Origin: an uncultured Desulfobacteraceae bacterium
Lineage (GTDB): Bacteria > Desulfobacterota > DSM-4660 > Desulfatiglandales > B25-G16
NCBI GenBank assembly: GCA_964569645.1
Contig: CAZMUW010000001.1
Location: 1 to 26,383, forward strand
DNA: 26,383 nucleotides
Reading direction: 5' to 3'
Shown: positions 1 through 7,905 of the stretch, piece after piece
Layout: each line of letters begins with the position of its first letter
Position numbering within the stretch: the first letter of the stretch is position 1
Translations under genes and position numbers: made by a program
The notes under the pieces: model-generated
Database searches by the model: none
Told to the model about the DNA's origin: nothing
Seen by the model: only the letters and a program-made list of their open reading frames with translations

Positions 1-1757
1 GGAGGGTCAGTGGGGTAACTATAGGTCTGGCCGTCCAGGAGAGCTTCAGGGATCCTCAGGCTGGGCACGCTCTGATAAACAGGATTCACGGTGGGCAGCT
101 GAGGCGTCCTCTGGTACAAATTAACGGCCATCGCTGTACCTTCTAAATCACCGGACAATCCCCCCTCCGCGTAACCTGGAAAGAAAAAGCGAGTGTCTAC
201 TGGAGTCCCCTGCTGCATATTACCCATATTGATGCCGTGTTTGCCAAGGCCCTGCATGGCCATCAGACAGACCATAGAACGAGCCCATTCATTTCCAGTG
301 GCGCAGCGGCAGGCACCTCCAAAACCGCTTAGCCCCCCGGCAGCCAGGTATGTCTTTTTGGATCCCCATTCTCGGGCCAGGGCTCTAACGTCTTTTGCGG
401 GGATTCCCGCTTCCTTCTCCTGCCACCCAGGCGTTTTTGGTATCCCGTCATCATACCCCAAGATGTAGTCTTTCCATTTGTCAAACCCAGTAGTCCGTGC
501 TGCGACATATTCTTTATCGTAGAGATCTTCGGTTATCCAGACATAGGCGATGGCGAGAGCCAGGGCATTACCCGTAGCCGGTCTCGGGGCAAACCACTTG
601 CCGCCAAGCAGGGCCACCGTATGATTATAGAATGGATCAATGTGTACCATTTTGATGCCTAACTCTTTTAGCCATTGACGGCGAACGGTGCCCTCGAATG
701 CACCGTAGACCCCGCTGGTGGCCTCCGGATCACTCGACCAGAACACAACCATTTCACATTCCTTGAGGATATCTTCAACGGTACCGTAGGTCTCTGCCGC
801 GCCAAGACGCATGCTATACCCCCAATGATGCATGGCCCCCCAGTACCATCCCTCCCAACTGTCCGGATTATGCATAACGTAAGTCTGACCAATGGAGTTC
901 ATAAACCTGGGTTTGGTGCTTAACCAGTAACCTATGTGTCCCCACGTATGGTGAGACCCACTGCTGCTCATAATAGCGCCCGGACCATAGTCTCTTTTGA
1001 CTCTTTTGATTTCGTTGGCTACGATATCCGTGGCCTCATCCCAGCTGATCCGCTCATAGCCTGATATCCCTCTGTTCTTGCAGTTACGTTCACCGTTCGG
1101 ATCGAAATCGACCCGTTTCAAAGGGTACAGTAGCCTGTCAGGTGAATAGACCATCGATTTCCAGGCAAACGTATACGGAGAGACCGTGGTCTTCCGCGGA
1201 GGGATAAACCTTTTGCCCCTGGCCTCAATTATCCAGGGCTGTGCGTCGCTATCATCAAATTCAATGGGTGTGATACGTATTATCTTACCGTCTTTCACGT
1301 AAACAAAGAGTGGCCCGCCATTGGTATTACTGGTATACCTTTTTACCCCGCTACCAACGTCTGTGCCATATTCTATACCTGCTGACTGCATCAGACTGAT
1401 TGTCTCCAAAAACCAGTAGGTCAACTCATCATCCCCTTCCAGCAGTAAATGAAAATTTTTCATGGCATTAATCAGGGATAAGTAGTTCCTGGGCGGCATG
1501 AGGAGTTTGAAAGCCAAACCAGCACTGCTAAAGTTCATAGAGACTTCGGGGCTGGGATGAATTCCTCTTTTTGAGATAATATTGCCGTCACTGAAAGTAA
1601 AATATCTGCCCTCTGAATTATCCATAACCTTTATTTGGGCGGTGAAATTTTTTTCTTTGAGACGATTTTTGAATGATGGATATTTTCTTGCCGCGCGTCT
1701 TAACATTTGCTTAAGCCCAAAAAGTATTATTGAAAATGCCTGATTCGAAAGTTTCAT
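1..1757 (-). CDS. Molybdopterin (Mo-bisPGD, DMSO reductase family) oxidoreductase, pyrogallol hydroxytransferase large-subunit-like, with ~130-aa N-terminal extension; 3'-truncated by window edge
   Basis: Hand-translated minus-strand frame, open from ATG at 1757 (RBS AGAGGGGA just upstream) to position 1 with no stop, which is why the ORF track omits it. Contains NTNGGPLFVYVKDGKIIRITP, YERISWDEATDIVA, SGSHHTWG, HNPDSWEGW (Ser Mo-ligand codon 858-860), FWSSDPE and FPGYAEGG, matching the Pelobacter acidigallici transhydroxylase alpha subunit as I recall it. Confidence 0.92.
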   Translation of the reverse strand, partial: MKLSNQAFSIILFGLKQMLRRAARKYPSFKNRLKEKNFTAQIKVMDNSEGRYFTFSDGNIISKRGIHPSPEVSMNFSSAGLAFKLLMPPRNYLSLINAMKNFHLLLEGDDELTYWFLETISLMQSAGIEYGTDVGSGVKRYTSNTNGGPLFVYVKDGKIIRITPIEFDDSDAQPWIIEARGKRFIPPRKTTVSPYTFAWKSMVYSPDRLLYPLKRVDFDPNGERNCKNRGISGYERISWDEATDIVANEIKRVKRDYGPGAIMSSSGSHHTWGHIGYWLSTKPRFMNSIGQTYVMHNPDSWEGWYWGAMHHWGYSMRLGAAETYGTVEDILKECEMVVFWSSDPEATSGVYGAFEGTVRRQWLKELGIKMVHIDPFYNHTVALLGGKWFAPRPATGNALALAIAYVWITEDLYDKEYVAARTTGFDKWKDYILGYDDGIPKTPGWQEKEAGIPAKDVRALAREWGSKKTYLAAGGLSGFGGACRCATGNEWARSMVCLMAMQGLGKHGINMGNMQQGTPVDTRFFFPGYAEGGLSGDLEGTAMAVNLYQRTPQLPTVNPVYQSVPSLRIPEALLDGQTYSYPTDP

Positions 1758-1829
1758 ATGGTCCCCTCTATAAATATCTCAGACCAAGTTTTCCGGACCG
1801 GGATTCCATCGAGAATTCCCCTATTCCCT

Positions 1830-2603
1830 CTAACCTGCTGTATAACCACCATCCACATAAAGGACGGCCCCGGTCATAAAGTCGGATGCTTTAGATGACA
1901 GATAGATCACTGTTCCTATGAAATCCTCCGGCTCACCCAATCTTCCAATGGGGATGCGTTTCAAAAAATTCTTATAAAACGCACTATCATCAAACATCCA
2001 TTGAGTTAGCTCAGTCCGGAATACAGTCGGTGCAATTGCGTTGACATTTATTTTATGAGGCCCCCACTCGCAGCCCAGTGATTTAGTCATGAGAGAGATC
2101 GCTCCCTTCGACGGGCTATAGGCAGCGTAATTACTCATACCCAGCATTCCCCGGGTAGATGAAATCGGAATAACCTTTCCCCCACGTCCCTGGTCAATCA
2201 TAACCTTCCCTACCTCTTTACAATACAACCAGGTCCCCTTGACGTTTGCATCCATGATCATTTCCCATTCCTCGAGGGGTTGTTCGACGATGGGATTTGG
2301 TTTATTTACGCCTGCCGCAGTAATTAAAATGTCGATACCACCGAATCTATCAACAGTGTCCTTAACCACTCGCTTTACATCGTCATGATTAATCGGTGAG
2401 CCTACAGAAAAGGCAGCATCGCCACCGGCCTTTTCTATTTCCTCAACAAGCGGCTTAAGCTTTTCCTCAGTCCGTCCGGTAGCCATAATTTTTGCACCGG
2501 CATCCGCCAGACCCAGCGAAGCAGCATGGCCAAAGCCTCCAGTAGCCCCAGTGATAAGCGCGACCTTTCCACCAACGTCAAAAAGTGATTTCGTTTCTTG
2601 CAT
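1830..2603 (-). CDS. Short-chain dehydrogenase/reductase, phloroglucinol-reductase-like, probably NADP(H)-dependent
   Basis: TGATGGFG Rossmann motif, TGR at the end of beta-2, catalytic S...YSPSK, NAIAP, DGGYTAG C-terminus, RBS AGAGAGGG. The SDR call is firm. The phloroglucinol-reductase subfamily call rests on recalled similarity (GSP at beta-3, TAAGxNxPxPIVxQ, PTVFRxxLTxWMFD, NFLKRxPxGRLGEPEDFIG). Confidence 0.9.
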   Translation of the reverse strand: MQETKSLFDVGGKVALITGATGGFGHAASLGLADAGAKIMATGRTEEKLKPLVEEIEKAGGDAAFSVGSPINHDDVKRVVKDTVDRFGGIDILITAAGVNKPNPIVEQPLEEWEMIMDANVKGTWLYCKEVGKVMIDQGRGGKVIPISSTRGMLGMSNYAAYSPSKGAISLMTKSLGCEWGPHKINVNAIAPTVFRTELTQWMFDDSAFYKNFLKRIPIGRLGEPEDFIGTVIYLSSKASDFMTGAVLYVDGGYTAG

Positions 2604-2640
2604 GGCAATACCCTCTCTAAATGGTTATTCGTAATCGTTC

Positions 2641-2888
2641 ACCCCCACCCTAACCCTCCCCCGTCAAGGGGGAGGGGACTTTAAAGGAGCACTATTATTC
2701 CCCCTCCCCTGGCGGGCTTACTATTACCCACATCTACCCTTCCCCTCCCAGGGGCATATGCTCTAAATTAAACAACCGCAAGAGTATGAATATCGAATAC
2801 TATCTCACAGCTTAGTCCCCCCTCTATGCCTCCCCAAGAAGAGAGGACTTATGGGTAATAGTCAACATCAAGGGGGAGGGGATAGTGT
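2641..2888. repeat. Composite REP/MITE-like palindromic region
   Basis: Hairpin CCCTCCCCC-gtcaa-GGGGGAGGG (2654-2676); 15-bp direct repeat TCAAGGGGGAGGGGA at 2664-2678 and 2868-2882; 11-bp inverted repeat ACTATTACCCA (2720-2730) / TGGGTAATAGT (2852-2862). Confidence 0.7.
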
Positions 2889-2902
2889 TCAAACCAATAT
2901 GG

Positions 2903-2933
2903 ATGCCCCGCGTGGAAGCGCGGGGAGCTTCAC
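2903..2933 (+). mobile_element. IS200/IS605-type right-end-like hairpin (solo end / PATE-like relic)
   Basis: Stem CCCCGCG(2906-2912)-TGGAAG-CGCGGGG(2919-2925) followed by AGCTTCAC, resembling the GCCCCG...CGGGGAG..TTCAC right ends of IS605-family elements. No transposase adjacent. Confidence 0.5.
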
Positions 2934-3135
2934 TGGAGACTCTTCGCCCGGAAATAACTATGTCAGAGAATCAAAGAGATGGATGACAGTATCAAGTGAT
3001 GAACTGCTGACTGAGTTACATATTTATGGCCTTCTCAGCTCTTCGAAGGTACTTGCAGAGAGAGATCAGCATTTTTTTCTGAAGACCTGGAACCGTGTCA
3101 AGCAAGAAAGCCTCTAAGAATATGGGGGTTCGAGG

Positions 3136-4038
3136 TTACGCGATCAGGACATCCTTTTCCCAGCCCAGCTTGAGAACATGGATTCGGTCCGGCCGGCTGT
3201 TGCCCAGCCCGAATCGGGTGTCGGCTGCTGCAATGTGCCGGGGCGGTGGGCTGATGGGCCTTCCCATCCCGAAGAAGGCATCTCGCTTGGCCTGGATAAT
3301 CCGGGCGCCCGTAGTATCTGCGGCCACCGGATCGGTGCCTACGATCAGGCCGCAGTAGCGCCACGTGTGCCGACGGCTAAAGTGGTGGGGCCCGATGCCG
3401 TGAAACAGCGGCGTCAGCATCACCAGGATGTTGAGACGGGTTTTGTCCATGACATGGGGCAGCTTCCAGATAGCGCCCAGGTTCTCGCAGGCGTTGCCAT
3501 GGTACTTCGAGGGTCTGGGGATGAACATGATGTAGTTCTTGATGAGGGTGCCAAGGCCGGACCAGTAGTGGGTCCGCATGGGGCGAACGTTGATCAGGGC
3601 CGTGGACCGATTGAAGACGGGATTCCGCAACACTCCCCGATCATCGGCTGTCATGTTTTCCTTCTTGACACCCGAGTCAAGCAGGCGCTTCCGGATAGCC
3701 ACCTCCAACGGTTTTGGGGTTGGGAGATAGTACCAAACGTTGCTCTTAATGCCTACTATATCAGTGGGCCTGACCAACTGCTTCCAGGCGGATACTGGAT
3801 CAGGTGTATCGAGGAGGGTTGTTACAGCTTGGTCCAGCATTCTCTGCAAAATGACGGGCACGGGCAGCCCTTGTCTATCAAGGACGTTTTTGTCACGTAC
3901 CAATACCACCCGGCTCTTTCCGGGATTTTTATCGTGTGAATCCTCCAGCAGCGGAAGTCCCATGAGGCTTCCCATGGCCACGCATGAGCTGGCACGTATA
4001 AAATCACGCCGTGTAATGATCATTTTCTCTTCTGCCAT
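3136..4038 (-). CDS. DUF362 family protein with twin-arginine (Tat) signal peptide
   Basis: N-terminal TRRDFIR plus hydrophobic stretch. DUF362-like segments DIVGIKSN, INVRPMRTH, IKNYI and GTDPVAAD. Confidence 0.8.
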   Translation of the reverse strand: MAEEKMIITRRDFIRASSCVAMGSLMGLPLLEDSHDKNPGKSRVVLVRDKNVLDRQGLPVPVILQRMLDQAVTTLLDTPDPVSAWKQLVRPTDIVGIKSNVWYYLPTPKPLEVAIRKRLLDSGVKKENMTADDRGVLRNPVFNRSTALINVRPMRTHYWSGLGTLIKNYIMFIPRPSKYHGNACENLGAIWKLPHVMDKTRLNILVMLTPLFHGIGPHHFSRRHTWRYCGLIVGTDPVAADTTGARIIQAKRDAFFGMGRPISPPPRHIAAADTRFGLGNSRPDRIHVLKLGWEKDVLIA

Positions 4039-4105
4039 ATGACCAAACTCCGTCTTTCATATACCCTGCCTCCTCACCATACTTTGCGGCTAAGATTAAC
4101 CACAA

Positions 4106-5038
4106 CTAATTTCGAGAAGTTGTTCCCGTTACTCTTTTTAAAAGGCTCCTGGCGAGCTGCCGGCTGTCGGTCTCCAAAACTATCGCCAGCAGCTTATCCT
4201 TTGCGGCAGCGGCGGACCACTTTCCGTTTTCCAGCAAGACCACGCCTGTTGAGTCTGCTTCGGGCAGGTAATGCCTTGAAAAGCTTGCAAGGGCTTTTTC
4301 CGCTTTTCCTACACTGGGGTACATGACCAGAAGCAGTCTGGCATATTCTCCGCCCCGCTGGTACATGGCAAGGGCAGCATCCGTGTGAGGCCCAAGGTTA
4401 AGGATGTTTTCGTCTGCTAGATAGAAGTGGTAGTTCAGCACAATATGGTGATGAAGGTATCGGACACTCCTGGGCTGAAGTCCCTCCGGGGGCAGTTGCA
4501 AAAGGATCCGTGGCTTGGGGCCCTGGGCAGTAATGAGCGAAGCCACGACCTTGCCCAGCTCCTTAACAGCTTTTACGGCTAGGGCCGTTTCCTCTTCCGC
4601 GTAAATGGAGACGAAGAATCGATCTTTCCAGAAGCTCAGCCAGCCAGACCGGTAAAGGGCACCTTGTCCCACGTCTAATGCTTCTCCGTCCTGGTCGTGG
4701 GTGAAAACCCCAAAAGCATCTTCCGAAGATGCCATTTCGAAGATGTCCAGAGCGATGGGAGGGCCTTTGGGGGTTGTATAGCGGCGGGAAAGGCACTTCC
4801 GCATGTTGTAGGCCCTGTAGACCTCACCTGCGCCGTCGATATAGTCGAAAATGGTTTCATCATCGAAAAAGCGGTCCTCCGGTTCTGCAATCCAGCCCTT
4901 TATTTGGTTTGGTAGAGCCGCATGTAAAACATCGAGAGAATCTGCATAGGATTTCTGAATCATCAAAAGCGCCGAACCGCCTATCAGTAATGCGATAAGG
5001 AAGAAAAATAGTACCTTAGTCGGGAGAGCTCCTTTCAT
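4106..5038 (-). CDS. Exported protein, DUF6599-like
   Basis: N-terminal signal/TM segment; DETIFDYIDGAGEVYRAY and IFEMxSSEDAFGVF motifs; lies directly upstream of the DUF362 gene on the same strand. Confidence 0.65.
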   Translation of the reverse strand: MKGALPTKVLFFFLIALLIGGSALLMIQKSYADSLDVLHAALPNQIKGWIAEPEDRFFDDETIFDYIDGAGEVYRAYNMRKCLSRRYTTPKGPPIALDIFEMASSEDAFGVFTHDQDGEALDVGQGALYRSGWLSFWKDRFFVSIYAEEETALAVKAVKELGKVVASLITAQGPKPRILLQLPPEGLQPRSVRYLHHHIVLNYHFYLADENILNLGPHTDAALAMYQRGGEYARLLLVMYPSVGKAEKALASFSRHYLPEADSTGVVLLENGKWSAAAAKDKLLAIVLETDSRQLARSLLKRVTGTTSRN

Positions 5039-5259
5039 AAAGGCTTCCTCGTGCCATAGTTACAGAACGATGCGACCACCATTTCAAGGTGATTTTGTGG
5101 CTAAATGAGCTATTTTACTATACCATAACCTGGATCTATCTCAAAACTATTGATAGCCTCTCAAAGTCTTCCCCAGCTGAAATGTCAGGCACCTCTTCAT
5201 CCTCCAGCCGTCCTATCAATTGAGACAGGGAGTAGTACGGAGCAAATTTAAGGCTTCAC

Positions 5260-6057
5260 TCAAAGAGCAGCAACCATGGCAGCTAACTTCTCTCTGCTTA
5301 TCCTCAGATAGTCCCTGTCCCTTGAGAAGACCTCAAGGGTTACTGTCTCGTCGTATCCGATTCCCTTGAGGGCCTTGATGATCTTCAGGAAATCGATGGT
5401 CCCTACCCCGATAGGAAGATGATTGTCCTCTTTGCCGAAGTTATCGGTTGCGTGGATATGGCCAATTCGATCATAAAACCTCTCGATAAAATCCAGGGCC
5501 TTCTTGCCTCCTTTGCTCTCAATATGCGCATGCCCTGTATCGAGGGTCAGCTTGAGTGTCGAAAACCTCTCGAAGACCTCGACAAAGTCCTCCGGATCGA
5601 CGAGTGAATGGAATCGGGGAAACATGTTCTCGATGCAAAGACAGATTCCGAGTTGATCGGCCTTTTCTACAATGGCCTCGAGACTCTTGAGGGCATATTG
5701 TCTTGCCTGATCCATCACAAAGACGGCGAGTCCTACAATATAGCTCGGATGCAGAACAACTTTAAGGGGCCGAAGATCGGCCGCGACCTCGAGGGATTCG
5801 AGTACCTCATTCAGGGATGTTTCTCTCAGGCTATCGGTGAGATCTGCCGTGGAGACAAAGGTCGGAAGATGACAAATGAGTCCCATCTTACAGCGATCTA
5901 AGGTCCTCAATAGCTCTTCTTTCTGTTGACGGATCATCCTGTAGTGTGCCTGAGGAGGATCCATGGCCAACTCCAGGTAATCAAATCCCAGCCCTGAAAT
6001 TGACTCAAGCTCTTTAAGGAATGGCCTGATGGGGAAATTCATGGCCCCGTACAGCAT
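5260..6057 (-). CDS. Sugar-phosphate isomerase/epimerase (AP endonuclease 2 / XylA-like TIM barrel)
   Basis: Metal-binding motifs CIENMFP, LDTGHA, HIHATDN, NHLPIGVG and TLEVF. Start placed at ATG 6057 (MLYGAMNF) because AGGAGGTGAT at 6074-6065 is a perfect SD and overlaps the track's GTG at 6069. Confidence 0.85.
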   Translation of the reverse strand: MLYGAMNFPIRPFLKELESISGLGFDYLELAMDPPQAHYRMIRQQKEELLRTLDRCKMGLICHLPTFVSTADLTDSLRETSLNEVLESLEVAADLRPLKVVLHPSYIVGLAVFVMDQARQYALKSLEAIVEKADQLGICLCIENMFPRFHSLVDPEDFVEVFERFSTLKLTLDTGHAHIESKGGKKALDFIERFYDRIGHIHATDNFGKEDNHLPIGVGTIDFLKIIKALKGIGYDETVTLEVFSRDRDYLRISREKLAAMVAAL

Positions 6058-6414
6058 CGGTATTATCACCTCCTTTCAGGGCTTCCATACCATATCCTTT
6101 CCTTCCAAACAACCATAATCTATCCATTTGATTGAACATAAGAGAGTCCCGCTCCCAGCGTTCTCCTTGAGAAAAAAACGAAGATCGGAAATGAGAAGAA
6201 ATGTGCTCGAACGCCTGTGCATCTGGCTGGGCTCACTGCGCACTTGCTCCCCAGGAAGTGATTTTAAAAAGTGATTTTTTGTCTTGACAATGGGGGCCAT
6301 ATCATGAGAGCTTTCTTTTCGATGGATCAGTAGGTACATGCAATTATATCGAATTAATTCCTAAACCCGGCCATGGTGAAGATAAGATATAGTTCATGAA
6401 GAAAGGAGAAAACG

Positions 6415-7854
6415 ATGGCTGTCAAGACTGTAGAGGAGTACTACGACTCACTGAAAGGCCTGCATCCAACCACCTATATTCTGGGAGAAAAGGTAGAAAA
6501 CCCTTATAAGCACCCATTGATCAGGCACATGCTGGCAGGAGTTGCCAAGACCTATGACCTTGCTCATGATCCGGAGGGTAAAAATTATCTGGTAGCCGAA
6601 TCCGAGCTGATTGGAGAGGAGGTTAGCCGCTTCGTCAAGTTCTACAAAAGCAGGGATGACCTCCTGGCCAAGGTCAGAATGCTGAAATTCCTGGCCCAGA
6701 GAATCGGCACCTGCTTTATGCGGTGCACAGGTATGGATGCCATGAACTCCGTAGGGGTAGAGGCCTACAACTGTGACAAGAAATACGGCACCGATTATTG
6801 GGATAGACTCCTGAATTTTGTCAAGCACGTGCAGAAGAACGACTTTGTTGTCTTTAGTGGTGTGACCGATGTCAAGGGTGACAGATCCCTCCGCCCATCG
6901 GAGCAGAAAGACCCGGACATGTACGTGCATGTGGTAGAGAAGAAAAACGACGGTATTGTAGTCAGAGGTGCCAAGATACACCAGACAGGCTCTCTCTGCG
7001 CTCACTGGGGACTGATAGTGCCCACCAGAGAGATGCGCGAGCCAGACAAAGACTATGCCGTCTGTTTTGCTGTCCCGGTAGATGCCGAGGGCATGATTCA
7101 CGTTTACGGCAGGGGCACCCTGGAAGCCAGGGCCCTTGAGGATTGTGACCTCGGTAATGTTGAATACAGCAAGTTCGCGCCCATGGTCATTCTCAATGAT
7201 GTCTTTGTGCCCTGGGAGCAGGTGTTTTTGTGTGGCGAATATGAGTTTGCCGGCCCGATGGTGAGGAACTTCGGTAACTACCACCGTCATTCACATGGTG
7301 GCTGCAAGTGTGGTGTTGGTGACGTTCTTATCGGCGCTGCGGCAGCAGCCGCTGAATACAACGGTCTTCCTAATGTTTCACATATCAACTCCAAATTAGC
7401 AGAGATGATCAAGACCATAGAGGCAATCTATGGCTGCTCCATAGCCGCATCAGTGGAGGCTGAGCCAACAGAGTCAGGCATCTACATGGTTGACCCGGTT
7501 CTCTCCAACACATCCAAGCTCTACGAGGGCAAGGAGCTGCAAGAGGTAATCCGGCTTATGATTGAGATTGCCGGCGGCATGGTGACTGATCTGCCTTCAG
7601 AGAAAGACATGGAGAATCCAGAAATTGGCCCATTACTCCAGAAATATCTCAAGGGCGTGGAGAACGTCCCCACAGAAGACAGGATGCGTCTCTTCAGGCT
7701 TATTGAAAAGCTGGCATTTGAGAGCCGGGATATCGTCTCCAACATCCATGGCGCCGGCTCACCAGAGACACACAAGATGACCATACTGCGGAATGCGGAT
7801 ATTGAGTCAAAGAAGATGCTGGCCAAGAATCTGGCGGGCATCAAGGAAGAATAA
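6415..7854 (+). CDS. 4-hydroxybutyryl-CoA dehydratase (AbfD)-like FAD/[4Fe-4S] protein with divergent active site
   Basis: CFMRC (C100, C104), YHRHSHGGCK (H290, C297), TDVKGDRSLRP, GAKIHQTG and HGAGSP motifs; RBS AAAGGAG upstream. Confidence 0.88.
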   Translation: MAVKTVEEYYDSLKGLHPTTYILGEKVENPYKHPLIRHMLAGVAKTYDLAHDPEGKNYLVAESELIGEEVSRFVKFYKSRDDLLAKVRMLKFLAQRIGTCFMRCTGMDAMNSVGVEAYNCDKKYGTDYWDRLLNFVKHVQKNDFVVFSGVTDVKGDRSLRPSEQKDPDMYVHVVEKKNDGIVVRGAKIHQTGSLCAHWGLIVPTREMREPDKDYAVCFAVPVDAEGMIHVYGRGTLEARALEDCDLGNVEYSKFAPMVILNDVFVPWEQVFLCGEYEFAGPMVRNFGNYHRHSHGGCKCGVGDVLIGAAAAAAEYNGLPNVSHINSKLAEMIKTIEAIYGCSIAASVEAEPTESGIYMVDPVLSNTSKLYEGKELQEVIRLMIEIAGGMVTDLPSEKDMENPEIGPLLQKYLKGVENVPTEDRMRLFRLIEKLAFESRDIVSNIHGAGSPETHKMTILRNADIESKKMLAKNLAGIKEE

Positions 7855-7905
7855 TAGAGACAGGCCAGTTTTTTATGTTCATAAAAAGAAGGAGGAGGTA
7901 TTCAG

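Noticed and set aside
193-923. Track ORFs 193-468, 668-892 and 675-923
   Set aside because: Shadow frames of the minus-strand Mo-enzyme gene, with no motifs.
2851-3117. 88-aa plus-strand ORF
   Set aside because: Built partly from repeat and IS-end sequence, with no recognisable motif. It could still be a degraded gene but I cannot support that.
3095-4915. Long antisense ORFs (e.g. 3178-3939) over the DUF362/DUF6599 genes
   Set aside because: Typical GC-rich antisense shadows; the minus-strand genes carry the motifs and signals.
6076-6339. 87-aa minus-strand ORF and TTGACA at 6284-6289
   Set aside because: No family features; no -10 box at 16-18 nt spacing.
6361-6379. Resemblance of ACCCGGCCATGGTGA to ACCCGGTCTTGGTGA near 17550
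   Set aside because: 12/15 match with only two instances; within chance.
6448-7844. Antisense ORFs 6448-7290 and 7521-7844
   Set aside because: Shadows of the AbfD-like gene.
6415-7854. Calling this gene HpaB (4-hydroxyphenylacetate 3-monooxygenase) or abfD
   Set aside because: The Fe-S ligand set argues against HpaB, and the replaced catalytic residues argue against true AbfD.
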